The notes under the pieces were generated by a model, which was not told where the DNA came from, searched no databases, and saw nothing but the letters and a program-made list of their open reading frames with translations. Below, piece by piece: positions 1 through 8,757 of a stretch of DNA of 55,441 nucleotides. The stretch is taken from the IMG/VR virus record IMGVR_UViG_2841629896_000001; one strand, written 5' to 3'. The stretch's first letter is position 1. The number at the start of each line of letters is the position of its first letter. This DNA is from an uncultured virus (IMG/VR IMGVR_UViG_2841629896_000001) (taxonomy: Duplodnaviria; Heunggongvirae; Uroviricota; Caudoviricetes). A program made the position numbers and the translations under genes.

Positions 1-584
1 CGTCGATACACCCATCCTTTTTTCTGTAGGAACTGAATGAACTGTTTTGGTTGAATTTCGAGAATTTTAGCAGCTTCAGTAAGACCGAAGAGCCCATCAG
101 CGCGTTGCAAGCTTTCCAAAGCCATTGCTTTTGGTTTTAAATATTCAATGATAGTATCTTGTTGATCTATTTGACTTTGTAGGTAATTCAAAAAGCCCAT
201 CATAGCTTTTGGACTTGAATAGTCGATTTGTTGTAGTGTTAGTGCCTGCTTTGCACGCCGCTCGCACTCGATAAAGTATAAACGAGCTTGTTTTCCTTTT
301 TCATTACGCTCTACCATGGAAAGTTCTTTTGCCATTTCCAAGGTGAGATGATAATTAATTGCAATAACAGATCTAGATTTTGCGCTCGCCAAATTTGGTG
401 ACCGCAAATCTTGTGTTTTTACAAAGTCTTGTCCTTCTATAAAATTGTATCTGCTAATACGGTCCTTAATCCAATTGGAAAAGTCTCGTTTTGCTTCTAA
501 GAATGCGTGCAAATCACGAGCATTGACTGTTTGAACGTCTTCTCCGTTAACCGTGTTATTTGTAATAGCAATAGGATTATCCAT
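1..584 (-). CDS. AntA/AntB-family phage antirepressor with a KilA-C/ANT-like C-terminal part; runs off the window start
   Basis: Not in the ORF track. Manual translation from ATG at 584: MDNPIAITNNTVNGEDVQTVNARDLHAFLEAKRDFSNWIKDRI...YHLTLEMAKELSMVERNEKGKQARLYFIECE...LTEAAKILEIQPKQFIQFLQKKGWVYRR. GGAG RBS upstream. Confidence 0.9.
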   Translation of the reverse strand, partial: MDNPIAITNNTVNGEDVQTVNARDLHAFLEAKRDFSNWIKDRISRYNFIEGQDFVKTQDLRSPNLASAKSRSVIAINYHLTLEMAKELSMVERNEKGKQARLYFIECERRAKQALTLQQIDYSSPKAMMGFLNYLQSQIDQQDTIIEYLKPKAMALESLQRADGLFGLTEAAKILEIQPKQFIQFLQKKGWVYR

Positions 585-664
585 AAGTTTACTCCGTCCG
601 ATATTTAATAAGAGGAAAGAGGGGGCGCTCTTAAAAACGCCCTTCATAGTTTTTAAAGCACATC

Positions 665-1057
665 TCAAGGATAACGGTTCTGTTCTTCATAGGTACCATA
701 GACCTCATCATTATATTTTTCTTTTGCTAAATCATCTAAAAGGTCATTGTAAGAAACACTTTCGCGAACAAAGTCATGAACATTACTATTCTCATCGAGA
801 TGTTCGATATTTTTTTCTACATATGCTTCTGCAATCTCTTCAGAAATGTCTTCACAACTCTTTTCAGAAGGATTTATACGAAAGATTTGTATAACATCAT
901 CTACCCCATCAACAATGCTTAGAATTTGGCTCGCATCAAGCGGTCCAGACTCTGCAATGTTTTGATCATCATCGCAGGAAACTAGTAAAATTTCATCAGA
1001 ATTTATAAGCACTGGTTTGTTCACAACTACCTCCATTATCAAAATATTTAAATACAT
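665..1057 (-). CDS. Acidic phage hypothetical protein (early left operon)
   Basis: 130-aa ORF co-oriented with the antirepressor and downstream of the leftward promoter; true start may be slightly downstream. Confidence 0.65.
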   Translation of the reverse strand: MYLNILIMEVVVNKPVLINSDEILLVSCDDDQNIAESGPLDASQILSIVDGVDDVIQIFRINPSEKSCEDISEEIAEAYVEKNIEHLDENSNVHDFVRESVSYNDLLDDLAKEKYNDEVYGTYEEQNRYP

Positions 1058-1113
1058 TTTGAAAAAAACGCCTTGACATAGGTTTTTTTTTTCAGGGTAT
1101 GGTGCTGTGATAA

Positions 1114-1157
1114 TTGTATTTTATGCACAAGTCAACTAAAATTTTGCATAAAACGCA
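1114..1157 (-). promoter_or_regulatory. PL/OL-like leftward promoter-operator
   Basis: 1119-1136 is an exact 18-bp inverted copy of 1685-1702 (GTTGACTTGTGCATAAAA, containing a TTGACT -35). TGCATAAAACGCA at 1145-1157 equals 1694-1706. Confidence 0.7.
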
Positions 1158-1287
1158 AAAATAAATCTTAAAATATATAATTAATTTATGCGCTATCCAC
1201 AATTTAGGAGATGTTTATGAGCGATATAGATAAAAAAATAGAATCTGTTTTCTCATTATTTAATGAGAAAGAGCAGTTAATTCTTAC

Positions 1288-1617
1288 TTATTTTGTTTTT
1301 AATTTTTTTAATAATTCAAGAAAATCAAGCACCGCTTCTTTGTCGACTGGATCAAGCGATGCACATATTTTCATAAAATCCAAGTCTACTTCTTTATAAA
1401 AACTGGGTGGAGGTTCATTAAAAAATTCAGAAATCTTCACTAGTTCATCTATTGTTATATCTCGCGTTTTCCCATTCTGATAGGTATTAAGCATGCGATT
1501 CACTGCTGACGGGTGTAGCTCTAAATGTAATGCTAATAATGTTTGTGCGCCGTGTCCTCGTTCTTTAAGACGCTCTTTAATCCATAGCTTAAGTTTGGAC
1601 TGAATATCTTGTTCCAT
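1288..1617 (-). CDS. CI-like HTH repressor (short, no S24 peptidase domain)
   Basis: MEQDIQ...GAQTLLALHLELHPSAVNRML...RDITIDELVKISEFF is an XRE-type HTH; divergent from the Cro-like gene. ORF track starts at 1707. Confidence 0.8.
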   Translation of the reverse strand: MEQDIQSKLKLWIKERLKERGHGAQTLLALHLELHPSAVNRMLNTYQNGKTRDITIDELVKISEFFNEPPPSFYKEVDLDFMKICASLDPVDKEAVLDFLELLKKLKTK

Positions 1618-1659
1618 AGTTTGTATAATCCTTGAAAATATATTTTTATGCAAATGTGT

Positions 1660-1730
1660 AAAAATGATAAAAACGCATAATTTTGTTGACTTGTGCATAA
1701 AACGCAATTATTTGTTACGCTGTTATGGAG
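1660..1730 (+). promoter_or_regulatory. PR/OR-like rightward promoter-operator
   Basis: TTGACT at 1686-1691 overlapped by the TGCATAAAACGCA motif shared with the left site; GGAG RBS at 1727-1730. Confidence 0.7.
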
Positions 1731-1737
1731 ATTACAT

Positions 1738-2019
1738 ATGCCTGCGAGATTAATTATAAAATATTTAGGCGGTTTAAAAATTGTAGCAGCTATAGTGCAA
1801 AGAGATGCGTCGTCTGTTTCTAGATGGCATGATTTTATACCAGCAAAGCACCAACAAAAATTATTAAATTATGCGCGTGAACATGGGATAGATTTACGTC
1901 CAGAAGATTTTTTTTATCCCGAGCGTTTGCAGTCATTAATGCAAGAGCAACGCCCCCCATTGTCGAAAATTTGCAAGAGCCGCGTTGTTGATCACACCGG
2001 CGAGACTTTGCAGCCTTAA
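1738..2019 (+). CDS. Cro-like HTH regulator
   Basis: MPARLIIKYLGGLKIVAAIVQRDASSVSRW...IPAKHQQKLL resembles alphaproteobacterial Cro-like proteins; divergent from the repressor. Confidence 0.75.
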   Translation: MPARLIIKYLGGLKIVAAIVQRDASSVSRWHDFIPAKHQQKLLNYAREHGIDLRPEDFFYPERLQSLMQEQRPPLSKICKSRVVDHTGETLQP

Positions 2020-2029
2020 GGAGATCAAA

Positions 2030-2446
2030 ATGGGATTAAGTGAAGTGGTATTGATAGTTGTATGTGTGACGCTTGGTTCTTTGCTTTTTAGTGGGATGTC
2101 GTTGCTTTGTGCTTTGAATTATAGCGAAAAGGTTAAGGCGCTTAAAAAGGAGATTGAAGATGAAGAATTTGCAGCTAGGGCTTTAGAAAAAGAACGCGAA
2201 GAAATTAGAGAGATCATTAGTGGATATGATGAGAATGTAGAAAAATATGAAGAGGAAATTAAGAGACTTAAAGAAACTAGAGACGAGTACAGAAAAAAAT
2301 TACAACGAAAAAACGAAATTATAGATACCCTTGAAGCAGAAGCTAAATCACGTGGTGAAGAAATAGAAAAACTTACACAAGAGCTTAAGCAGCGTGGTGA
2401 ATCTGTAAAAGAAAAGTCTCATAAAAATAAGAAGAAAAGTAAGTGA
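2030..2446 (+). CDS. Membrane-anchored coiled-coil hypothetical protein
   Basis: AGGAG RBS, hydrophobic N-terminus, then E/K-rich heptads. Confidence 0.7.
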   Translation: MGLSEVVLIVVCVTLGSLLFSGMSLLCALNYSEKVKALKKEIEDEEFAARALEKEREEIREIISGYDENVEKYEEEIKRLKETRDEYRKKLQRKNEIIDTLEAEAKSRGEEIEKLTQELKQRGESVKEKSHKNKKKSK

Positions 2447-2456
2447 GGAGAGAGAG

Positions 2457-2639
2457 ATGGCAATGATACCTACAGCTATTTTTATGGCTACTAATTTTTA
2501 TCTGCTCTATCAAGTTTATTACTGGTTTAAACTGACACAAGAATTGAGAGATGAGATAGACGAAAAAAACAAAATAATATGGGATTTAGAGGATGAGCTT
2601 AGCCTGAAAAACAACCGACGAAATGTGTCCAAAAAATAG
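2457..2639 (+). CDS. Small membrane-anchored hypothetical protein
   Basis: GAGGAG RBS; hydrophobic N-terminus and short coiled coil. Confidence 0.55.
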   Translation: MAMIPTAIFMATNFYLLYQVYYWFKLTQELRDEIDEKNKIIWDLEDELSLKNNRRNVSKK

Positions 2640-3309
2640 ACTTCATTGTTTTTTGGGGATGATTTGATGAGGTGTGTTCTAAAATGAAGAGTGGAGAAGC
2701 TGCTTTATCTAAATTTTGGGGCAGGATAAAAATCTCCCATTTAATTTCTTCTCTTGGGTCGATGTTAAATGGAGCAACAGTGTATCCATTAAATAGTATT
2801 TGTGGTTTAGTTTTAGGATTTATAAGATTAATGTGCTTTGATGATGTTGGATAAATTTCTATCGTTTGACTAAGTCTAGGAGGACAACACTTTATCTTAT
2901 AAAATTCGAAAGGGCACTTTTTATCTATCCAGATATTATCCATTTGAATTATTCGTTCGGTAGGATTTATGATACGTACTATTATACTGATGGGGCCATT
3001 ATTAGGGTCATCTTCATCTGGAGTGGGGCTATTAGGCTTAAAAAGTAGCGATGGTCCTAAATCCAGCTCTTCTTTTGTTTTTAGTAAAAAATTGACGTGT
3101 TTTTCTGCTAATGTAGCTTGCTTTTGCAATGATTTATTTTGGTCTTCTAAATGGTTAAACTGTTTTTCTACATTGCATAAATCTTCTCGTCGAGTTTTCT
3201 CTGCTCTTTTTAGGTCTGCGTTTCTCACACACCATGACAGCAAAAACGAGATCGTACTACCAATGAGAGCAGAGATGATACTACTGAGTATATCAAGTGG
3301 TATTTCCAT
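2599..3309 (-). CDS. Moron-like membrane-anchored hypothetical protein
   Basis: 236 aa, opposite to the early operon; N-terminal TM helix, coiled coil, beta-rich C-terminal domain. Confidence 0.7.
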   Translation of the reverse strand: MEIPLDILSSIISALIGSTISFLLSWCVRNADLKRAEKTRREDLCNVEKQFNHLEDQNKSLQKQATLAEKHVNFLLKTKEELDLGPSLLFKPNSPTPDEDDPNNGPISIIVRIINPTERIIQMDNIWIDKKCPFEFYKIKCCPPRLSQTIEIYPTSSKHINLINPKTKPQILFNGYTVAPFNIDPREEIKWEIFILPQNLDKAASPLFILEHTSSNHPQKTMKSIFWTHFVGCFSG

Positions 3310-3384
3310 ATTCTATACACCCTTCTTTCCTTCATTTTCAGAAAAAAACAATCTTATAAAATACGTTTTGTATGGAGTGGTGCG

Positions 3385-3849
3385 GTGATTAACACGATTC
3401 TTTGTTTTGATCTAGGTACGAAGATGGGGTGGGCGATACGAGGGGGAAATGGTCATATATTCAGTGGTACGATGAGTTTGCAACCCCGTCGTTTTGAAGG
3501 CGGGGGAATGCGTTATTTACGCTTTAAGCAATGGCTTAATGAGATAAAGCATACAGCAGGTGATATTGACGCGGTGTATTTTGAAGAGGTGAGGCGTCAT
3601 GTTGGAACCGATGCAGCGCATGTTTACGGTGGTTTATTAGCAGCATTAACGGCGTGGTGTGAAGATCATGAGATACCGTATGAGGGGATACCAGTTAGCA
3701 CAATTAAGAAAGCGACGACGGGCAAGGGGAATGCGTCAAAAGAAGAAATGATTAAGGCGATGCGTGCAAAAGGACACGCGCCTTGTGATGATAATGAAGC
3801 GGATGCTTTAGCAATTTTACATTTAATTAAAGAGAGGGAGATCTTATAG
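3385..3849 (+). CDS. Phage RuvC-like Holliday junction resolvase
   Basis: ILCFDLG, AVYFEEV, PVSTIKKATTGKGNASKEEM, DDNEADALAI motifs. Confidence 0.9.
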   Translation: MINTILCFDLGTKMGWAIRGGNGHIFSGTMSLQPRRFEGGGMRYLRFKQWLNEIKHTAGDIDAVYFEEVRRHVGTDAAHVYGGLLAALTAWCEDHEIPYEGIPVSTIKKATTGKGNASKEEMIKAMRAKGHAPCDDNEADALAILHLIKEREIL

Positions 3850-3851
3850 CG

Positions 3852-4217
3852 ATGCCCAGTAACAAAGTAGAGTGTGTAAAGTTTAATTCAGATCAGTTTT
3901 TAAAAGAGCTTATGGGTTTAAAAGCAACAGAGAAGGCAGTTTATACAACACTTGTGTTGCTTATGAATGATAAGAAAGCGCCTCTTATCAATAATGGGTC
4001 TTATTTATCAAGTTGGTGTGGGTGTTCAGTAAGAACGTTTCAAAAGACATTAGAGACTTTAATAAGCATGGGTTACATCACGCGTTTAGAGAATGGGAAC
4101 TTATGGCATAGGTCATTAGCTTTTGATTATAGCATCAGTAAATTTTCAGAAAGAGCTTCAAAAGCAGCGCATATGAGGTGGAGTAAGAAAAGAGAGGAGG
4201 CAATACATGTCAACTAA
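3852..4217 (+). CDS. Short YdaU/DUF1376-like wHTH protein
   Basis: Paralogous to the N-terminus of the next gene (GCSVRTFQKTLETL / GCSVKRFQKALDLL; SKFSERASKAA / SKFSERAQKAA). Confidence 0.7.
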   Translation: MPSNKVECVKFNSDQFLKELMGLKATEKAVYTTLVLLMNDKKAPLINNGSYLSSWCGCSVRTFQKTLETLISMGYITRLENGNLWHRSLAFDYSISKFSERASKAAHMRWSKKREEAIHVN

Positions 4218-5322
4218 GTTGCCATGGACGAGGCTTTTTGCAGACAAGTGGCTTCTTGATCTTGCGCATTTGCCCGCTTTTGAAGGTTTTATATATGTGA
4301 AGTTGCGATTTCAAATGCTTCGCACTGGAGAACCGCTTAAGAATAATTTTCGAGTATTGTCTTTATTGGCTGGTTGCTCAGTTAAAAGATTTCAGAAAGC
4401 ATTAGATCTTTTATTAGAAACTGGACACATTATTTTTTCAGAAGATGGTCGTTTGTGGAGTTTACAAGTTGAAGAGGAACTCAATAACTCAAATGAAAAT
4501 TTAAGCAAGTTTTCAGAAAGAGCACAAAAGGCAGCGAAGGCAAGATGGGATAAAAATAAAGATAACAGTGATGATGATGCTAAACATGCTACAAGCAATG
4601 CACAAGCAATGCTTAATGATGCCATTAACAATAACATTAACATTAACATTAACAATAACAAAAAAAATAAAAATATTATTTTATCAAAAAGAGAAATTGA
4701 ATTTGAAAATTTAGAAACAAACGATTTGGTTGACGAGCCAATCGAGTGTGATGATGTTCAATCAGAAGAAATCAAAACGATAGAAACTAAACAACTAATC
4801 ATTCACGAGCAAAATAACAACATTTCAAACGAAGCTAATAATCGATGGCAAAGTAACGAAGCAATGATTGAGAAATTGCCTTCACGAAAAGGTAAAAAGG
4901 TTGGCAAACAACTTTCAGAAATCGTTGACAAGATAATGCCTGCTTATTTTCCAGAGCAAGCAAACTTTTTTGAGAAAGACAAGAAAATGAGAGAAAAACA
5001 AGAAGTTGAAAGCATGTTAGAAGATTTCAACCCCGATTTTCAATACGCAATTGATCTAGGATTAACGCATGATGAAGCGTTATCAGAGTTTAAAAAATTT
5101 ATACGCTTTTCAAAAGCCAACCCATATCGAAATGCTCATGAACGTGATTGGCAAAGCGCTTGGGATAATTGGATTACACACCCGAAATATGGATTGGTAG
5201 CTAAGAGACACGCAGAATTAGAAATGAAAGAAAGATATACAATCACATGCTGTAAACCACTAACAGAGAGCTTGGCAAAATATATCAGAAATATAGAGCC
5301 TATCAGTTCATTTGCAACATAA
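4207..5322 (+). CDS. YdaU/DUF1376-family putative phage replication initiator
   Basis: LPWTRLFADKWLLD N-terminus, low-complexity linker, C-terminal RDWQSAWDNW motif; lambda O-like position. Confidence 0.75.
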   Translation: MSTKLPWTRLFADKWLLDLAHLPAFEGFIYVKLRFQMLRTGEPLKNNFRVLSLLAGCSVKRFQKALDLLLETGHIIFSEDGRLWSLQVEEELNNSNENLSKFSERAQKAAKARWDKNKDNSDDDAKHATSNAQAMLNDAINNNINININNNKKNKNIILSKREIEFENLETNDLVDEPIECDDVQSEEIKTIETKQLIIHEQNNNISNEANNRWQSNEAMIEKLPSRKGKKVGKQLSEIVDKIMPAYFPEQANFFEKDKKMREKQEVESMLEDFNPDFQYAIDLGLTHDEALSEFKKFIRFSKANPYRNAHERDWQSAWDNWITHPKYGLVAKRHAELEMKERYTITCCKPLTESLAKYIRNIEPISSFAT

Positions 5323-5519
5323 TGAAATCGTATTTAGTTGCATTTGAAAAAACAGCAAACTAGTGAAAAGAGCTGATAGTTTTGAGAATAGATATGGGTT
5401 TAAACAGCTAAAAAAGTACCGTACAGAGCGATTTTAGATTTTTATGATAAAAACCACATTGAAAATAAAAACGCTACTGCACGGTCCAATATGAGGCAAA
5501 TAAACCCATCGGTAAAGTT

Positions 5520-5945
5520 ATGGATTTAAGCAAGGGGATATTAAATCAAATGTTTTTAAAAAAACGTAAACAGCCTATTCAAAAGAAATTTGTTGCAACG
5601 GCGGTTGGATATGCACCATGGGGATTAGGGGTGGCAGAGTATTTTTACAATCTCTATGAATATGAAGATGGTATGAGGGAATATGAAGAATTTGAAGGCG
5701 GTCAGTATCATGATCATGAGATGCCTAACAAAGTTGATTATAGTACCAAAGCGCAAGTGAAAGCATGGATATATGGGGGTGATTTACCAAAAAGCGTATT
5801 GAGTTATGAACCTTTAATAGATGAGGTCAATGTGAAAATCAAAAAACGTACAGAGAAAGCAGTGAAAACTTATGATGATATAGACAGTGAACTAGAAAAA
5901 GCGCTTGATATTCAATTGGGTAGATATCAAAATGAAAAAAAGTGA
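5520..5945 (+). CDS. Phage hypothetical protein
   Basis: 141-aa ORF co-oriented with the operon. Confidence 0.65.
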   Translation: MDLSKGILNQMFLKKRKQPIQKKFVATAVGYAPWGLGVAEYFYNLYEYEDGMREYEEFEGGQYHDHEMPNKVDYSTKAQVKAWIYGGDLPKSVLSYEPLIDEVNVKIKKRTEKAVKTYDDIDSELEKALDIQLGRYQNEKK

Positions 5946-5956
5946 AAAAAATAAAA

Positions 5957-5993
5957 AATACGTATTGACTTTAAAGAAAAGGTCGTTTATTAA
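5957..5993 (+). promoter_or_regulatory. Sigma70-type promoter with overlapping palindrome AATACGTATT
   Basis: TTGACT (5965-5970), 17 bp, TATTAA (5988-5993); palindrome at 5957-5966, also present at 13634-13645. Confidence 0.65.
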
Positions 5994-6107
5994 GGTTGGC
6001 AAGTGATTAAAAACCACGATAACTAGCGGGTAAACCACGAAAAGGTTTCTCCCATTTCTTTAAAATACTGACTTTATTTTATGCTGTCGCTAGCATATAA
6101 CGATTTT

Positions 6108-6191
6108 GTCGGGTGTGCTTATGCCATACAATACCCTTCGCGAGGGAAAAGTATAAGCAACGGACTAGTTACCGTGTTTTTAGCACCCGGC
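6108..6191 (+). ncRNA. C4/CI-like cloverleaf antisense RNA, copy A
   Basis: Closing stem GTCGGGTG/CACCCGGC; arm TGCTTAT...ATAAGCA; arm ACGG-ACTAGTTA-CCGT; single-stranded GTTTTTA. Complementary sites lie on both sides (6008-6026, 6211-6230). Confidence 0.75.
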
Positions 6192-6238
6192 GCCCTTATG
6201 GGCTGTCAATTAAAAACTCTAAATAACTAGGTGTTAAA

Positions 6239-6763
6239 ATGCATTCTAAAGAAAAAAATCAAGAAACATCTCCAAAATATCAACTCACAAATCAAACAAT
6301 CATTCGCGAAGGTAAAAAACTTTATCGCATTAAGGCGTTAAGAGATTTCGGTGATGTTAAAGCTGGTCAATTGGGCGGCTTTATTGAAAGTGAAGATAAT
6401 CTCTCTCATGATGGCAATTGCTGGGTTGGTGATCAGGCCATTGTTGTGAGTCCTGGTCGTGTTTATGATAATGCGCAGGTTTATGGCAATGCAGGTGTTG
6501 GTGGTTTTGTATATGGTAATGCTCGCGTCTACGATTCAGCAAAGGTTTTTGCCAATGCCCATGTGTATGATAATGCCCATGTTTTCGATAGTGCAAAAAT
6601 TGTAAGTAAAGTGCATGTTTATGAAAATGCCAATGCATGTGGCATGGCTATTGTTACTAAGAATATTTGTGGTGACACAATGAATAATGTTTATACAGAA
6701 CGCCTTTCTCCTTATGGTGAAATTTGCTTTGTTATGTGTCGTCCTCATAGGAAAACAGCTTAA
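6239..6763 (+). CDS. Phage LbetaH hexapeptide-repeat protein
   Basis: LYRIKALRDFGDVKAGQLGGFIE.E.NLSHDGNCWV N-domain followed by VYGNA/VYDNA repeats. Confidence 0.9.
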   Translation: MHSKEKNQETSPKYQLTNQTIIREGKKLYRIKALRDFGDVKAGQLGGFIESEDNLSHDGNCWVGDQAIVVSPGRVYDNAQVYGNAGVGGFVYGNARVYDSAKVFANAHVYDNAHVFDSAKIVSKVHVYENANACGMAIVTKNICGDTMNNVYTERLSPYGEICFVMCRPHRKTA

Positions 6764-6858
6764 ATAACGCGCGGGCGCGGCGGGGCGCCCCCTTTTAAAC
6801 ATTTCATTTTAAAATTTAAATCTTTTTATAAAGGAATAGTGTTATGCAAAAGAAATTT
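6761..6858. repeat. Intergenic GC-rich motif plus next gene start, inverted relative to 11697-11794
   Basis: TAAATAACGCGCGGGCGCGGCGGGGCGCCCCCTTTTAAACATTTC...ATGCAAAAGAAATTT is a near-identical reverse complement of 11697-11794; the core recurs at 12619-12650. Confidence 0.9.
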
Positions 6859-7647
6859 GCACTCACAAATGAAACGCGTATATTTAATAATAAAACTCTT
6901 TATCGCATTAAAGCTTTAAGAGATTTTGATGATGTCAAAGCTGGTCAATTGGGCGGCTTTATTGAAAAGGAAAACAATCTCTCTCATGATGGCAACTGCT
7001 GGGTTTATGATAATGCTCTTGTTTTAAGTCCAGCCCATATTTACGAAAATGCCAAGATTTTTAATAAGGCTATTATAATGGGTAATGTTTATGGCAATGC
7101 TCATGTGTATGACAGTGCCCGCGTTTATGCAAATGCTCATGTTTATGACAATGCGCATCTTTCTTATAATGCTTGGGTTTATCATCAGGCGCGGGTTTAT
7201 GGCAATGCAAAATTATCAGGAAGTGCACGTATTCATGGCAATGCTGAGGTTTATGATTATGCTGTTGTTAGTGGTGCTGCTAAAATTTATGGCAAGGTTT
7301 ATGGTCGTGCTAGTGTGGGGTGCCATGCTGAGATTAAAGGCTTTGTTTATGGCAATGCAAAAGTATCAGGATCTGCTTGTATTTATGATGGTGCGCATAT
7401 TTTTGATAAAGCAAGGGTTTATGGAAAAGCGGTTGTTTATAAAGATGTCAAGATTTATGGCAATGCGCGTGTTTATGAGAATGCTATGATTTATGAAAAA
7501 GTAGAAATCTATGATGACGCGTGTGTTTCTAACAGATCTATTATTGCTGAGGGTGTAAAAATTTATGGCAATGCCGCTCTTAAAGAAAAGAAAATATTTC
7601 GTGAAGATGTTTGTAGTAATGATGCCATTAGTGAAAAAGCAGCGTAA
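6844..7647 (+). CDS. Phage LbetaH hexapeptide-repeat protein
   Basis: Same N-domain with long VYGNA repeats. Confidence 0.9.
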   Translation: MQKKFALTNETRIFNNKTLYRIKALRDFDDVKAGQLGGFIEKENNLSHDGNCWVYDNALVLSPAHIYENAKIFNKAIIMGNVYGNAHVYDSARVYANAHVYDNAHLSYNAWVYHQARVYGNAKLSGSARIHGNAEVYDYAVVSGAAKIYGKVYGRASVGCHAEIKGFVYGNAKVSGSACIYDGAHIFDKARVYGKAVVYKDVKIYGNARVYENAMIYEKVEIYDDACVSNRSIIAEGVKIYGNAALKEKKIFREDVCSNDAISEKAA

Positions 7648-7674
7648 ATAACGGGGCGGGGGGCTGCTTATAAC

Positions 7675-7710
7675 AAAAAAAGCCGTGTCCTTTAAAGACG
7701 CGGCTTTTGT
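7675..7710. terminator. Bidirectional intrinsic terminator
   Basis: AAAAAAAGCCGTGTC-ctttaaa-GACGCGGCTTTT. Confidence 0.7.
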
Positions 7711-8223
7711 TTTCACAGAAGGTATATACATTTACACTAAATACGTATCACACAAAACGTGTAAAATGCAAGCATTAATACATAAAAACCGCATCAAAAT
7801 GAATTGATACGGCTTTTATAACTAATGAATCAAACAAAATAGAATTGAAAATTAAACACAAAAGCGTTTAAAAAAAATCTTTTCACTACTAAAATACATA
7901 TTTTGTGTATAAACACAAGTTTATTTCAAATATTTGATGATGATTGTTCATATGATAAAGCCGCGCTCTTTATGAACGCGGCTTCTGTTTTGCGATGTGT
8001 TTCTGTTATCGTTATTCGTAAGTTTACGAACACCTCTTTTATTGCACATTACGTATCAAAACACAAGCAAATAAGTAAAATAAAAACAGGATTAATTCTT
8101 TAGATTCAGTTTATTAAAACTATTTTTGCTTGTAATAATATAGCATAATGTGTTATATTATTGTTATGTATCAGTTATTTCCGTTTCTAAGTACCATTTC
8201 CCATAAAAAGGATAGCAAAGCAA

Positions 8224-8667
8224 ATGCTTAATAAAGTGATGTTAATTGGTCATTTAGGTGCAAATCCTGAAAGTAAAAAAATGCCGTCTGGTGTAGAAAT
8301 AGTCAATTTTCGTATGGCAACTTCTGAAAGCTACACAGATAAGGCAACCAATAAGAAAGTAGACAAAACAGAATGGCATTCCATTGTGGTCTTTAATCCG
8401 CATTTGGCAAAAATAGCGCTTCAGTATCTTAAGAAGGGTAGCAAAGTTTATATCGAGGGGCGCTTACAAACCCGTAAATGGCAAGATAAAAACGGTATTG
8501 AACGATATACAACAGAAGTCATATTGCCTCCGTACAAAGGCGACTTAAAGCTCTTAGATGCCAAAAATGATGATAATCAAGAGCAGTCATCATCTGCTTA
8601 TGACAGAAGCATTTATAGACCTCTTGATACACCCCATACCGTTATGAATGATGATGTTCCTTTTTAA
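8224..8667 (+). CDS. ssb: Single-stranded DNA-binding protein (phage copy)
   Basis: MLNKVMLIGHLGANPE, TEWHSIVVF, KGSKVYIEGRLQTRKW, C-terminal DDVPF. Confidence 0.97.
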   Translation: MLNKVMLIGHLGANPESKKMPSGVEIVNFRMATSESYTDKATNKKVDKTEWHSIVVFNPHLAKIALQYLKKGSKVYIEGRLQTRKWQDKNGIERYTTEVILPPYKGDLKLLDAKNDDNQEQSSSAYDRSIYRPLDTPHTVMNDDVPF

Positions 8668-8680
8668 ATAGAGGGTATAA

Positions 8681-8757
8681 GTGAAAAGAAACAAGAGGGG
8701 ACGCCCTAAAATCATAGGGCAAATAAGAGAAGCCAATGGTCGTATATCACGTGCAAA
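8681..8757 (+). pseudogene. 5' part of the split prophage gene; continues at 29886
   Basis: GAGGG RBS and GTG at 8681; reads MKRNKRGRPKIIGQIREANGRISRA; in frame with 29886-30383 across the 12-bp repeat. Confidence 0.85.
8746..8757 (+). repeat. att core, left junction (ATCACGTGCAAA)
   Basis: Exact match to 29885-29896. Confidence 0.85.

Noticed and set aside
553..894. Plus-strand 113-aa ORF
   Set aside because: Overlaps the minus-strand antirepressor start and the 665-1057 gene; shadow-like composition.
2969..3388. Plus-strand 139-aa ORF
   Set aside because: Ser-rich antisense shadow of 2599-3309.
6108..6191. tRNA (cloverleaf shape; also 13429-13510)
   Set aside because: No T-loop GTTCRA, D-loop or CCA end; loop complementarity to flanking sites fits a C4-like RNA.
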